Part shown: positions 29,930 through 40,801 of the stretch, piece after piece
How positions within the stretch are numbered: the stretch's first letter is position 1
Layout: each line of letters opens with the position of its first letter
Assembly (NCBI GenBank): GCA_041650495.1
Contig: JBAZLB010000002.1
Location: 165,960 to 229,959 of the forward strand
Direction of reading: 5' to 3'
From: Candidatus Omnitrophota bacterium
Lineage (GTDB): Bacteria; Omnitrophota; Gorgyraeia; Gygaellales; Profunditerraquicolaceae
Length of the DNA: 64,000 bases
Position numbers and translations under genes: made by a program
Notes under the pieces: generated by a model
Told to the model about the DNA's origin: nothing
Database searches by the model: none
The model's input: only the letters and a program-made list of their open reading frames with translations

Positions 29930-31225
29930 TCAAGCAAGCGCCTTCATTGCAATATCCTTCCTGTAATGCATCCCGCGAAAATGAATCTTCTCTACAGCCT
30001 GATATGTCTTCTGGATTGCCTCTTTTATAGTACCACCCATGCCCGTAACCCCCAGCACTCTGCCTCCGTTGGTAATTATTTGCGTCTTGCCATTTACCTT
30101 AATCAGTTTTGTCCCGGCATGAAATACCATTATATCCTGCATACCCCCTGCCGCATCCAGGCCGGTTATTTCCTGGCCTTTCTCATAGTTCCCCGGATAT
30201 CCGCCAGAGGCGCAAACCACGCATACGCAGGCACGCCCATCCCAATGCAGGCTGCCAATCTCACTTAGCCGCCTTCTGCTTACCGCAAGCATGACCTCAA
30301 CCAGGTCAGACTTAAGCCTGGGCAAGACCGCCTGGGTTTCCGGGTCGCCGAAACGGACGTTAAACTCAAGGACCCGCGGCCCTTCCTTAGTCAGCATAAT
30401 TCCGGCATATAAAACACCTCGGTATTCTATCCCTTCTCTGGCCAGGCCGTCTATAATACGGTAAATGATCTTCTGCTGGATTTCCTTAAATAAGCCTTCA
30501 GTTACCGCCGGGGCAGGAGAATACGCGCCCATCCCGCCGGTATTTAAACCTTTGTCCTGGTCAAAGACACGCTTGTGGTCCTGGCTGGAGGCTAAAGGGA
30601 CGACTTCTTTGGAATCCGTAAAAACCAATATGGAAACTTCTTGGCCTTCCAGTAATTCCTCAATGACCACTCTGCTTCCGGCATCCTGGAATATCCTCTC
30701 CTCCATCATTGCCTTTACTGCCTGTCTTGCCTCATCTTGAGTATGTGCTACCACAACACCTTTGCCCTGGGCTAAACCGTCTGCCTTTACCACGCAAGGC
30801 CCCTGAAACTTATCAAGATGATTAAGGGCTTCCCTAGAATCCGAGAAGACCTTGAAAGAAGCAGTAGGCAGGCCATACTTAGCCATTAATTCCTTTGCAA
30901 ATACCTTGCTTGATTCAAGGCGCGTGGCCGCCTTATTGGGGCCGAAAATATCCAGGCCCTGGCGCTGAAATTCATCGGCAATGCCGCAGGAAAGCGCTGC
31001 TTCAGGCCCGACCACTGTCAGTCCTATTTCTTCCCGCCGGGCAAAATCCAGGAGCCCCTGCACATCCTCTGCCTTTATATCCAGGCATTCTGCCAGGGAA
31101 GATATGCCTGCGTTGCCAGGGGCGCAGAATATCTTGTCCACTAATTTAGACTGGGCGATCTTCCAGACCAGGGCATGTTCCCTGCCCCCTGAGCCCACAA
31201 CTAAAACCCTTATCTTTTCACTCAT
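29930..31225 (-). CDS. purD: Phosphoribosylamine-glycine ligase
   Basis: ATP-grasp domain, full-length PurD conservation. Confidence 0.9.
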   Translation of the reverse strand: MSEKIRVLVVGSGGREHALVWKIAQSKLVDKIFCAPGNAGISSLAECLDIKAEDVQGLLDFARREEIGLTVVGPEAALSCGIADEFQRQGLDIFGPNKAATRLESSKVFAKELMAKYGLPTASFKVFSDSREALNHLDKFQGPCVVKADGLAQGKGVVVAHTQDEARQAVKAMMEERIFQDAGSRVVIEELLEGQEVSILVFTDSKEVVPLASSQDHKRVFDQDKGLNTGGMGAYSPAPAVTEGLFKEIQQKIIYRIIDGLAREGIEYRGVLYAGIMLTKEGPRVLEFNVRFGDPETQAVLPRLKSDLVEVMLAVSRRRLSEIGSLHWDGRACVCVVCASGGYPGNYEKGQEITGLDAAGGMQDIMVFHAGTKLIKVNGKTQIITNGGRVLGVTGMGGTIKEAIQKTYQAVEKIHFRGMHYRKDIAMKALA

Positions 31226-31252
31226 ATTATCAGATCAAAAAACAGGCATTGT

Positions 31253-32488
31253 TTAACGCACAAAACCATTGGCGTCAATCAAAAATGCGGTAACCGGGTC
31301 ATAAACGCCTGCGCGGATAAATAACTTAAAAAATTGGTGTATGTCGGTAGCCAAGACAAGTATAAGTAAAACAGCCAGGGCGGCATAACGGTAATTGATA
31401 TTTTTAAATCTGCCGGCTAAAGAAAGGATGCCCAGGGCAGCAAGCGCCCTTAAGAATATATCCACAAATAACACCAGTCTCAAGTTAAAGAAAATAAGCA
31501 TACTGAATAATACCAGCCCCCCCAGGCTGTAGACAACCGCTAATCTTCTTCCGAAGCTATCCTGGAGGCGTACAAAAGAACACATCCCTGCCAGAGAGAA
31601 TATATAGACGCCGGGAGAAATGAGGAAGAAATCAATAAGGTATCTAAACCATGGCCCTTTCTGGAATTTCAGGGAATAGGCAATACTCCTGGGCATCTGG
31701 GAATAAGTAATATATGTATGTAAATAAGCCTGCAGGCCGCCTGCTATCCAGGCGCTGACCAGGAGGTAAATCAAAGGGGATAAAAATAAGGGCACTGCTA
31801 TGCGTAAAGGCATAACGCAATGCATTTCTTTGCGGTAATAAAAAGCAGCCAGCCCTAAGCAGGGATACAATAATAAAACCGACTCCTTGGCCAGGAAGGC
31901 AGTGGTAAGAAAAACTCCCAGGCATAACGCATCCCTCATCCTTTTATAACGCCAGCTGCGGTCGTAAAATAAAAATATCCCCGCCGCTAAGAAGGTAAAG
32001 AAGGAATCTGATAATGCCCGGCGGGATAAACCAGCGGCAAGCGGAGAAGTGACCAGTAATAAACAACTAAGGAATACTACGGATGGGCCAAACCACTCAC
32101 GCAGGAGAAAATACCCCAGGATAATCACCCCGATACCAGAGATAAGAGAGACCAGCGCCAGATTAAAGAAGCTGTAGCCGCCCAGGAGCTTACCGGCCAG
32201 CGTACAGGCAGCTATATAAGCTATACGCAAAGGAAGCGGCCCCTGCCTGAGGGTCTCATTATCAGGAAACTGCTGCACAATATAACGTATTGCCGCCGGA
32301 CCGTCTGTGCCCAGGGCTATGGCGAATATACGATACATCTGTTCATCAAATCCGCCCAAATGAGCGCCTGGAAAAGTCAACACCCGGAAGAACAAGGCCA
32401 ATAGTAAAAGCAGGATAAACAGTCTTTTCGGACAGGAAAAATATAAGGATAGAGAAGAAAGGAGTTTTAAAAGTAGCTTGCGCAACAT
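31253..32488 (-). CDS. Polytopic integral membrane protein of unknown function, possibly GT-C-like, inserted in the pur operon
   Basis: About 11 predicted TM helices and no soluble catalytic motif recognized. Confidence 0.45.
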   Translation of the reverse strand: MLRKLLLKLLSSLSLYFSCPKRLFILLLLLALFFRVLTFPGAHLGGFDEQMYRIFAIALGTDGPAAIRYIVQQFPDNETLRQGPLPLRIAYIAACTLAGKLLGGYSFFNLALVSLISGIGVIILGYFLLREWFGPSVVFLSCLLLVTSPLAAGLSRRALSDSFFTFLAAGIFLFYDRSWRYKRMRDALCLGVFLTTAFLAKESVLLLYPCLGLAAFYYRKEMHCVMPLRIAVPLFLSPLIYLLVSAWIAGGLQAYLHTYITYSQMPRSIAYSLKFQKGPWFRYLIDFFLISPGVYIFSLAGMCSFVRLQDSFGRRLAVVYSLGGLVLFSMLIFFNLRLVLFVDIFLRALAALGILSLAGRFKNINYRYAALAVLLILVLATDIHQFFKLFIRAGVYDPVTAFLIDANGFVR

Positions 32489-32516
32489 CCAGTTTTCTGT
32501 CTAAAAGGAGATTAAG

Positions 32517-33533
32517 CTAATATATCACTGCCTGTCTTTTCCCGGCGGTAACCTCACCGATTACCCAGGAACGCAGGTGCATCCTTGAGAAAGCTGCTTT
32601 TATTTGCAAGGCGCTTGCCGGTGAAACAATAAGGACCATGCCAATACCCATATTAAAAGTGCGGTAAAGGTCCCGTTGAGGTATATCCGCTTTTTTCTGT
32701 ATGATGTGAAAAATCTCCGGGGCATCCCATGCCTTTGCGTTTACCCTGATACCTAAGCCGGCAGGGAATATCCGGATGATCTTATCATAAAAAGCGCCTC
32801 CGGTAATATGGGCAATGCCTTTAATGGCAGGGGCCCTTGCGTTATTAAATATCTCCAAGGCCTTTAAAACAGGCTGCACATAAATAATGGTAGGCCTAAG
32901 TAACTGGGGGGAATATTTCTTAAGTTCTTTTTGGGAAAATACGCGGCGCACCAAAGAAAAGCCGTTGGAGTGCAGGCCGCTGGACTCTATGCCTAAGAGC
33001 ACATCCCCTTGCCTTATATTCTTGCCGTCAATTATCCTGGAGCCTTCAACTGCCCCTACGCAGAATCCCGCCAGGTCATATTCGCCTTTCTTATAAAATC
33101 CGGGCATCTCGGCAGTCTCCCCCCCCACAAGATGACATCCTGCCTGGCGGCATCCTTCGGTAATCCCTGCCACCACCTTGACTAATACCTTTTTTTCTAT
33201 CTTCCCGGTAGCAATATAATCCAGGAAGAAAAGCGGCCTGGCCCCTGTGCACAACACATCATTCACATTCATCCCCACCAGGTCAATACCTACGGTATCA
33301 TGCTTGTCCGCTAAAAAGGCGATCTTCAGTTTCGTGCCTACCCCGTCAGTAGAAGACACCAAATAAGGATGGCGGTAATCCCGGGCAGGGAACTTATACA
33401 TACCTCCAAAACCGCCTATGCCGCGGGTAAACGGTTTAATCGCTTCTACAAAAAGATTAGCCTTGTTTATATCCACCCCCGCCTTTTTATAAGTTACTTT
33501 ACGCATCAATATATACCTCCCTGGCCGCAGCAA
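32517..33533 (-). CDS. purM: Phosphoribosylformylglycinamidine cyclo-ligase
   Basis: AIR synthase N- and C-terminal domains (..SSTDGVGTKL..). Confidence 0.9.
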   Translation of the reverse strand: MLRPGRYILMRKVTYKKAGVDINKANLFVEAIKPFTRGIGGFGGMYKFPARDYRHPYLVSSTDGVGTKLKIAFLADKHDTVGIDLVGMNVNDVLCTGARPLFFLDYIATGKIEKKVLVKVVAGITEGCRQAGCHLVGGETAEMPGFYKKGEYDLAGFCVGAVEGSRIIDGKNIRQGDVLLGIESSGLHSNGFSLVRRVFSQKELKKYSPQLLRPTIIYVQPVLKALEIFNNARAPAIKGIAHITGGAFYDKIIRIFPAGLGIRVNAKAWDAPEIFHIIQKKADIPQRDLYRTFNMGIGMVLIVSPASALQIKAAFSRMHLRSWVIGEVTAGKRQAVIY

Positions 33534-34984
33534 TGAGACTCCAGGGAAAATTTTCCCTCTCCCTTTTGCGGCTTAAGCGGATACTTTCCTGTCCAACAGG
33601 CGGTGCAATAATTTTCGCTGGGATGTATCAGGCAATTCAACATCCCCTCCATACTTAAATACCCCAGGCTGTCTACCTCCAGATACCGCCTTATCCTTTC
33701 TATGCTCCCGTATTTATGGGCGATAAGCTCGCTAGGCTTATGGAAATCTATACCGTAGAAACAGGGAAAGCGGTGAGGCGGGCAGGATATGCGCAAATGC
33801 ACCTTTTTTACCCCTGCCTGGCGCAGGCTGCGTATGCGTATCTTGGAAGTAGTGCCCCGCACAATGGAATCATCCACAATGATAATACGCCTGCCGCGCA
33901 AGACACTCTTAAGCAGATTGAATTTAACCCTCACCCCAAGATCCCGGGAATCCTGCGCCGGCTGTATGAAGGTTCTGCCTACGTAATGGTTGCGTATAAT
34001 GCCCATTTCTAAGGGTATCCTTGAGCAATGAGAATAGCCCATAGCCGCGGAGAATCCGGAATCAGGCACAGGGATTACAAAATCAGCCTCTGCCGGATGC
34101 TCCTTAGCCAGTTGTTCCCCGAGCTTACGCCTGACCATATGCACGGTCTCACCAAAAACAATGGAATCCGGCCGGGAAAAATACACATGTTCAAAGGCGC
34201 AAAAGGCATGCCGGTTGCGTGGCTTAAGTTCTCTGGGTTTAACGGACCTAAGGCCGTTCTTATTGATAAGGACTATTTCACCAGGCAATACCTCGCGGAC
34301 GAAACGCGCCTGGATAAGGTCAAAGGCGCAGGTCTCAGAGGCCAGGCACCAGGCATCACCCAGCTTCCCCAGGCAGAGCGGCCTTATGCCTAAAGGGTCT
34401 CTGACACCGATAAGATTATCACTATCCATCATCACTAAAGAATAAGCGCCTTTAATACGCCTCAAGGCATAAATCAACCTGTCCTCAAGGCTTCTTGCCC
34501 GCGACCTGGCCATGAGATGAATGATAATCTCAGAATCCGTGGTGGTCTGAAAAATAGAACCTGCCTTTTCCAGGCCTTTGCGTAAAGTAAAAGAATTAAC
34601 CAGGTTCCCGTTATGGGCAATACATAAAGCGCCTTTAGCATACTCAAGAAGGAGCGGCTGGGAGTTCTTGATTACGCTTGAGCCGGTGGTTGAATAACGC
34701 ACATGGCCGATAGCCATACGCCCTCTCAGATGAGAAAGGGTTGAGCCGTCAAATACATCGCTGACCAGCCCCATGCCCTTATGCACAGAGACCACCCCGT
34801 TATTATTCACGGCTATGCCGCAGGCCTCCTGGCCCCTATGCTGCAAGGCATACAGGCCTAAATAATTCAGCCAGACAGCGTCGCGATGGTTAATGATACC
34901 GAACAAACCGCAATGTTCCTTAGGCTCGTCTTTATAAATATCTTCTGACATAGTCAACCCCGCTTTTAAAAACCAAGAAACCAT
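33506..34984 (-). CDS. purF: Amidophosphoribosyltransferase
   Basis: N-terminal nucleophile CGLFGI, PRTase domain (..IVDDSIVRGTTS..) and 4Fe-4S cysteines. Confidence 0.9.
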   Translation of the reverse strand: MVSWFLKAGLTMSEDIYKDEPKEHCGLFGIINHRDAVWLNYLGLYALQHRGQEACGIAVNNNGVVSVHKGMGLVSDVFDGSTLSHLRGRMAIGHVRYSTTGSSVIKNSQPLLLEYAKGALCIAHNGNLVNSFTLRKGLEKAGSIFQTTTDSEIIIHLMARSRARSLEDRLIYALRRIKGAYSLVMMDSDNLIGVRDPLGIRPLCLGKLGDAWCLASETCAFDLIQARFVREVLPGEIVLINKNGLRSVKPRELKPRNRHAFCAFEHVYFSRPDSIVFGETVHMVRRKLGEQLAKEHPAEADFVIPVPDSGFSAAMGYSHCSRIPLEMGIIRNHYVGRTFIQPAQDSRDLGVRVKFNLLKSVLRGRRIIIVDDSIVRGTTSKIRIRSLRQAGVKKVHLRISCPPHRFPCFYGIDFHKPSELIAHKYGSIERIRRYLEVDSLGYLSMEGMLNCLIHPSENYCTACWTGKYPLKPQKGEGKFSLESHCCGQGGIY

Positions 34985-35711
34985 CTCCTAAACCGCTTCT
35001 TCTGCCCGCATTCTTTCTGGGCCCCTGGGAAAATGTTATATACCTCTCCGGATGCGGCATCAGGCCAAAGACCCTGCCGCTTTCATCGCATATACCGGAT
35101 ATATTATCTTCTGAACCATTGGGGTTATCCGGATAACCGGTAGGATTACCTTCTTTATCGCAATACCGGAAAACCACCTGGCCTTTTTTCTCCAAACGCC
35201 CAAGCACAGCATCATCCCGCGTAATAAACTTCCCCTCCCCGTGCGCTACCGGAAGGTAAATCCTCTCAGGCAGCCCATTAGTCCAGGCGCACCTGCCGGA
35301 TAACTTAAGATAAACCCAGCGGTCCTCAAACTTCCCGGAGTCATTGATAACCAGGCTTGCCTCCTGTGATAAAGAACCATTGCCGGGCAAAAGCCCACTC
35401 TTCACCAGGACCTGAAAACCGTTGCAAATACCGATAATCAATTTCCCTTCTCTAAGAAAGGTGCATACCTCACTTTGAAGTTTATACCTTAACTCATTAG
35501 CCAGGATCTTGCCTGCCGACACATCGTCTCCGTAAGTAAAGCCTCCGGGTATAGCCAGCACCTGGTAATTCTTTAGTTTCCTCTTTCCTCCTGCCAGCAT
35601 ATTAATATGCACTAACTCTGCCTGAGCGCCCGCCTGATTAAAGGCAAAGGCAGTCTCCTGGTCACAGTTGGTGCCCGCGGTCCTTAAAACACATACCTTA
35701 GGCCTGGCCAT
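34932..35711 (-). CDS. purQ: Phosphoribosylformylglycinamidine synthase glutaminase subunit
   Basis: Class I GATase triad (..GICNGFQVL.. ; ..HGEG..). Confidence 0.85.
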   Translation of the reverse strand: MARPKVCVLRTAGTNCDQETAFAFNQAGAQAELVHINMLAGGKRKLKNYQVLAIPGGFTYGDDVSAGKILANELRYKLQSEVCTFLREGKLIIGICNGFQVLVKSGLLPGNGSLSQEASLVINDSGKFEDRWVYLKLSGRCAWTNGLPERIYLPVAHGEGKFITRDDAVLGRLEKKGQVVFRYCDKEGNPTGYPDNPNGSEDNISGICDESGRVFGLMPHPERYITFSQGPRKNAGRRSGLGDGFLVFKSGVDYVRRYL

Positions 35712-36360
35712 AGAATCTCTTTATCGCCTTGACTACATCTTGGGGTTTATCCGCTATCGTGAATATTTTTAATTCCTCCCGGGTAATATTCCCGTTTACT
35801 GCCACAGTATCCGTAAGCCATTTAAGCATTCCCTGCCAGTATTGCCTGCCAAAAAGCACTACGGGAAACCCGGGGATCCTATGTGTCTGGATAAGGTTTA
35901 TGGCCTCGAAGAATTCATCCAGCGTGCCGTAGCCTCCCGGCATGATCACGAATGCCTTGGCATACTTGACAAACATAACTTTACGCACAAAAAAGTAACG
36001 GAAATCAAGCAGGATATCCACATAAGGATTTGGCTTCTGTTCACTGGGTATCTGAATATTCAAACCTATGGATTTACCCTTAGCCCTCTTTGCGCCTTTA
36101 TTGGTCGCCTCCATAATGCCCGGGCCGCTTCCCGTAATAATAGCATACCCCTCCCTGGCCAAAAGATAAGCCACCTCTTCAGCTAACTTATAATACTTGT
36201 CCCCTGGCTTGGTGCGGCTGGAGCCAAAGACAGAGACTGCCTTGCCGATACGTGAAAGCACTTCAAAGCCGTCTACAAACTCCGACATAATCCTGAATAT
36301 GCGCCAGGTATCCTCATGCAGAAGATCTCCGCTTAAAGCCTTATCCTTACCCATAGACAA
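35698..36360 (-). CDS. LOG-family (TIGR00730) Rossmann-fold nucleotide-binding protein
   Basis: ..VFGSSR...ITGSGPGIMEA...PGGYGTLDEF.. LOG signature. Confidence 0.8.
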   Translation of the reverse strand: MSMGKDKALSGDLLHEDTWRIFRIMSEFVDGFEVLSRIGKAVSVFGSSRTKPGDKYYKLAEEVAYLLAREGYAIITGSGPGIMEATNKGAKRAKGKSIGLNIQIPSEQKPNPYVDILLDFRYFFVRKVMFVKYAKAFVIMPGGYGTLDEFFEAINLIQTHRIPGFPVVLFGRQYWQGMLKWLTDTVAVNGNITREELKIFTIADKPQDVVKAIKRFYGQA

Positions 36361-36372
36361 TCTCCTTTTTCT

Positions 36373-39321
36373 TTACCACCTTAAAGGCGCCTGCCATGCC
36401 TCTTTTAATTCGGAAATATCCGCGGACAGGCAAACTTCTCCGTCTAGACCGCGTATCCTTAATTCCTTATTTTGAGAGATATGCCCGATTATTCCAAAAG
36501 GAAGGCCTGTCAAGACCCGCTCAAGCTTACAGCGGTGTTCTCTTTTGACCTCCAGGATAAAACGGGAATTTGATTCTGAGAATAAAACTAAATCGTTCCT
36601 CTTTTTCCCGCCCCCCAGCCCATATTCGCCTTCTCTCATCCGGCAAGGGACCCCGGATAAAAATGCCTCTACCCCAAGGCCGCCTGAAAAAGCCATCTCT
36701 GCCAACGCCACCCCTATGCCGCCTTCGGAACAGTCGTGCATAGCTTGAACCAGGCCTAAAGAAGAAACCTTAGAAAGTGCCTGAAAAATACGTTTTGCGG
36801 CCTTAGGATAAACCCTGGGCACATTATTACCGATAAAGCCGCCAAGCAAGTCGTAATAATGAGAACCTCCTAGTTCATTATAGGTATAACCCACAGCATA
36901 AACCAAATCCCCCGCATTCTTAGCCTCCATTGACACCACCTTGTCTGTCGTATCCATCACCGCCATGGCAGAAATCAGCAGGGTCCCGGGTATAGCTAGG
37001 GATTTTCTGTTTACCTTATATTCGTTATTCAGGCTGTCCTTACCGGAAATAAAAGGCACGCCGAAACCCTTGGCAGTATCATAACAGCCAAGGGCAGCCC
37101 TCACCAGGCTGCCGAGCCTGTCCGGTTTATCGGGGTTTCCCCAGCAAAAATTATCCAAAATAGCCGCCCGTTCAAGGGAGCCGCCGACTGAGATAATCTG
37201 ACGCAGGGCTTCGTCTATGCAAGAAGCTGCCATCCAATAAGGGTCAATAAAACCATAGCGGAAATTTATACCGTTGGAAACAATCAGGCCTTTGCGGGAA
37301 GAGAGCACCGGCCTGACCACCGCCGCATCTGTAGGCCCGTCATTTGATATCCCTACCAGCGGTTTTAATACCGAGCCTCCCTGCACCTCATGGTCATACT
37401 GCCTGATAACCCATTCTTTAGAACAGATATCATAACGGCCAAGCAGTTTAAGAAGAAACGGCTTAAGGTCTTTGAAGACAGCAGGCCTTGGCTCTTTGTG
37501 CTGTGATTGAATAAATACTGCTTTCTTCTCTATTTGCGGCAGGCCATCATGCAGGAAACGCATATCCAGGCGGCAAACCAGGCTATCTTCATAATATAAC
37601 TCCAGGCGCCCTGTGCCGGTAAATTCTCCGATTACCGTTGCCTCAACATTCTCATCGTCAAAAACCTTCTTCAGGCGCGCGATATTATTCCTAGGAACCG
37701 AAAGGACCATCCGCTCCTGTGATTCAGAGATCCAAATCTCCGTATAAGAAAGGCCTTTATATTTAAGAGGGACCTCCTCCAGGCATACCCTGGCGCCTAA
37801 CTCCTGCCCCATCTCACCTACCGCCGAAGAAAGCCCTCCTGCCCCGCAATCGGTTATTGCGCTGTATAAACCGGCGTCGCGCGCCTTAAGCAGGGCATCC
37901 AGCATCTTCTTTTCCTGAATGGGATTGCCGATTTGCACCGCGCCGCTTGATATTTCTTCTGACTGATGGGTCAGTTCCCCCGAAGAAAAAGTAGCCCCGT
38001 GTATACCGTCCCTGCCGGTCTTGCCTCCCACTACTACAATAAATTCCCCCTTCTTAGGATGCTTAAAAGACTTATCCCTGGGCAGGATGCCTACGGTGCC
38101 GCAATAAACCAGGGGGTTGCCGACAAAACCTTTATCAAATAATACCGCGCCGTTAACCGTAGGTATGCCCATTTTATTGCCGTAATCCCTAACCCCAGAT
38201 ACCACCCCTTTCATTATTCTTTTGGGATGCAGGGCGCCTGCGGGCAGACTGCTAAAAGGATAATCCACAGGGCCAAAACAGAAGACATCCGTATTTAATA
38301 CGGGTTTTGCCCCCAGCCCCGTGCCCATGGGATCGCGTATCACCCCCCCCACGCCTGTATTCGCCCCGCCAAAAGGCTCAAGCGCAGAAGGGTGATTATG
38401 CGTCTCCACTTTAAAGCAGGCATTGTATTTCTCATCAAACCTGATCACCCCGGCATTATCTTTAAACACAGATACGCACCAGGGCTTATTTAACTCCCGG
38501 GTGGCTCTCATGATGGTAGATTTCAGCAGGTTATTGATTACCTTTTGTTTACCCCTGCCTTTTTCTCCCAATAACCGCTGGCTATAGCGGATCTTGCCAC
38601 GGAAGGTCTTATGCATACAGTGCTCTGACCATGTCTGGGCGATAGTCTCCAATTCGCAATCAGTGGGGTTGCATCCGCTGCGCTGAAAATAATTTTTTAT
38701 CTGGCGCATCTCCGTAAGATTCAGAAAAAGCTGCCCCTTACGGCTTATCTCACGCAGTTTTCTATCAGAAGCGCCTAATAAATCAACAGTTACTAAATTA
38801 AACTTATACCCCGGATGAAGCGCCCCTTGCTTTAAGGAAGCGGCTTTCTTTATGCTGACAGGTTTAACTACATGCTGGATTAATTTGTTATAAAGAAGTT
38901 TTTCTGAAATAGTCTTAAGTTGACGCGGGCTGATCTTGCCTTTTATGGTATACAACCTGGCCGACTTCACGGATATAACCCCTTTTACCCCTAAGTCGCT
39001 GATGCCTTTTAATATGGACTCTTCACTGGGCTCCATCACCCCGGCATTATAGGCCACCTCAACCGTCATAGTGGAATCTTTTCTTGCCGCAGGCGCTCCG
39101 GAAGAAGACAGACGGTACCCTTGAAAAACCTCATCCGTAAGAAGCTCCTTTGCTATTTTTTCTGCCTCATTACGCGTTATATCTCCTTCTATATTATAAA
39201 CCTGCGTAAAATAAACCGCGGCAACAGATTTTATCCCCAAATCCTGGATATCCCTGGCAATGCCGCAGCCTAAGGCATCAAATATGCCGCGTTTGTTTTT
39301 TATTTCTATCCGGTATATCAT
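36373..39321 (-). CDS. purL: Phosphoribosylformylglycinamidine synthase subunit PurL with fused N-terminal PurS domain
   Basis: First ~80 aa from MIYRIEIKNK are PurS-like. Remainder is small-type PurL with duplicated AIRS-like domains. The ORF extends to 39372 if an earlier start is used. Confidence 0.8.
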   Translation of the reverse strand: MIYRIEIKNKRGIFDALGCGIARDIQDLGIKSVAAVYFTQVYNIEGDITRNEAEKIAKELLTDEVFQGYRLSSSGAPAARKDSTMTVEVAYNAGVMEPSEESILKGISDLGVKGVISVKSARLYTIKGKISPRQLKTISEKLLYNKLIQHVVKPVSIKKAASLKQGALHPGYKFNLVTVDLLGASDRKLREISRKGQLFLNLTEMRQIKNYFQRSGCNPTDCELETIAQTWSEHCMHKTFRGKIRYSQRLLGEKGRGKQKVINNLLKSTIMRATRELNKPWCVSVFKDNAGVIRFDEKYNACFKVETHNHPSALEPFGGANTGVGGVIRDPMGTGLGAKPVLNTDVFCFGPVDYPFSSLPAGALHPKRIMKGVVSGVRDYGNKMGIPTVNGAVLFDKGFVGNPLVYCGTVGILPRDKSFKHPKKGEFIVVVGGKTGRDGIHGATFSSGELTHQSEEISSGAVQIGNPIQEKKMLDALLKARDAGLYSAITDCGAGGLSSAVGEMGQELGARVCLEEVPLKYKGLSYTEIWISESQERMVLSVPRNNIARLKKVFDDENVEATVIGEFTGTGRLELYYEDSLVCRLDMRFLHDGLPQIEKKAVFIQSQHKEPRPAVFKDLKPFLLKLLGRYDICSKEWVIRQYDHEVQGGSVLKPLVGISNDGPTDAAVVRPVLSSRKGLIVSNGINFRYGFIDPYWMAASCIDEALRQIISVGGSLERAAILDNFCWGNPDKPDRLGSLVRAALGCYDTAKGFGVPFISGKDSLNNEYKVNRKSLAIPGTLLISAMAVMDTTDKVVSMEAKNAGDLVYAVGYTYNELGGSHYYDLLGGFIGNNVPRVYPKAAKRIFQALSKVSSLGLVQAMHDCSEGGIGVALAEMAFSGGLGVEAFLSGVPCRMREGEYGLGGGKKRNDLVLFSESNSRFILEVKREHRCKLERVLTGLPFGIIGHISQNKELRIRGLDGEVCLSADISELKEAWQAPLRW

Positions 39322-39396
39322 GGTATGTCTCTTTGAGAAACCAAAAAAGGCAGGGTATGTATTTTGCTGCAACGCTGCGGTAAGGCCAGGGCCGTC

Positions 39397-40689
39397 CTAT
39401 AACTTCAGCCTCTTAAAGATCTTATCGACGTTGCGCAGGTAATAATCTAAATTGAATATGGAGGAAATCTCCCCCCGTGAAAAACGGCCCAGAAATCCCT
39501 TATCCGCAAGAATGACTTTCTGAAAATCCTCATTTTTATTCCAGGCCTGCATAGCGCATCGCTGGACTAGATCATAGGCGCGCGTGCGGCTTAGGCCCTT
39601 ATCCATAAGAGCAATCAAGAGGCGCTGGGAAAATATCAAACCCCTGCTTTTCGCCAGGTTAGCCAGCATATTATCCGGATGCACCATGAGCCCGTCTATG
39701 ACCTGGATAAACTTATCCAGCATGTAATCCAAGGCCAGGGTTGAATCCGGCATAATTATCCGCTCTACGGAAGAATGGCTTATATCGCGCTCATGCCAAA
39801 GGGCCACATCCTCCAAGGCTGCCAGGGCGTTGCCGCGCAATATACGCGCTAAACCGCATATCCTCTCGCATATTATCGGATTTCTCTTATGCGGCATAGC
39901 AGAAGACCCCTTCTGCCCCCGGCCAAAAGGCTCCTCTGCCTCCATGACCTCTGTCCTCTGCAGGTGCCTTATCTCTAAGGCGAATTTCTCAAGGCTCGCG
40001 CCGATGAGCGCAAGGGTGGCCATATATTGAGCATATACATCCCGTTGTATAACCTGGGTAGAAATAGGGGCGGGTTTTAAACCGAGTTTACGGCAGACAT
40101 AATTTTCTATCTCCGGGTCAATATTGGCGTATGTGCCTACTGCCCCGGAAATCTTGCCTAAAGAAACCGCATCCTGTGCCTGGACTAAACGCTTTATGTT
40201 GCGCCCTGTCTCATCAAACCATAGCGCCAGCTTCAAACCGAAGGTAGTCGGCTCAGCATGCACGCCATGGGTACGGCCGATACAAACCATATCCCGGTAT
40301 TTTCTGGCCTTGCGGGCAAGCAGGGCATGCAATATCTTTAAATCATTCAGCAGTATATCAGAGGCAGCTTTTAATTGCACCCCTAAAGTAGTATCTAAAA
40401 GGTCAGAAGAAGTAAGGCCCAGATGCAGGTACCTGGCATCCGCTCCGATATTCTCTGCCAGGTTATTCACAAAGGCTACTACATCATGCTGCGTCTTCTC
40501 TTCTATTTTTTTAATTTTCCGCAGGTCAAATTTAGCCTTCTGCTTGATCCGGGAAACCGCTGCCTTAGGCACCCTACCCTTCCTGGCCAGCGCCTCTAAA
40601 GCAATTATCTCTATGGCAAGCATGGTCTTAAATTTAAACTCATCCTGCCAAATCTTATCCATCTGGGGCAGGCTATAACGCGGGATCAT
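39397..40689 (-). CDS. purB: Adenylosuccinate lyase
   Basis: Fumarase/ASL signature GSSAMPHKRNP. Confidence 0.9.
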   Translation of the reverse strand: MIPRYSLPQMDKIWQDEFKFKTMLAIEIIALEALARKGRVPKAAVSRIKQKAKFDLRKIKKIEEKTQHDVVAFVNNLAENIGADARYLHLGLTSSDLLDTTLGVQLKAASDILLNDLKILHALLARKARKYRDMVCIGRTHGVHAEPTTFGLKLALWFDETGRNIKRLVQAQDAVSLGKISGAVGTYANIDPEIENYVCRKLGLKPAPISTQVIQRDVYAQYMATLALIGASLEKFALEIRHLQRTEVMEAEEPFGRGQKGSSAMPHKRNPIICERICGLARILRGNALAALEDVALWHERDISHSSVERIIMPDSTLALDYMLDKFIQVIDGLMVHPDNMLANLAKSRGLIFSQRLLIALMDKGLSRTRAYDLVQRCAMQAWNKNEDFQKVILADKGFLGRFSRGEISSIFNLDYYLRNVDKIFKRLKL

Positions 40690-40801
40690 TATTCAAACCT
40701 CCTTAAATTAAAGAAAACAACTCTTTTATTATAACAAAGATGCGCCCATTTATCAACACATTCGTATGCCCGTATATCAACACACGCCTAAATATACCCG
40801 C

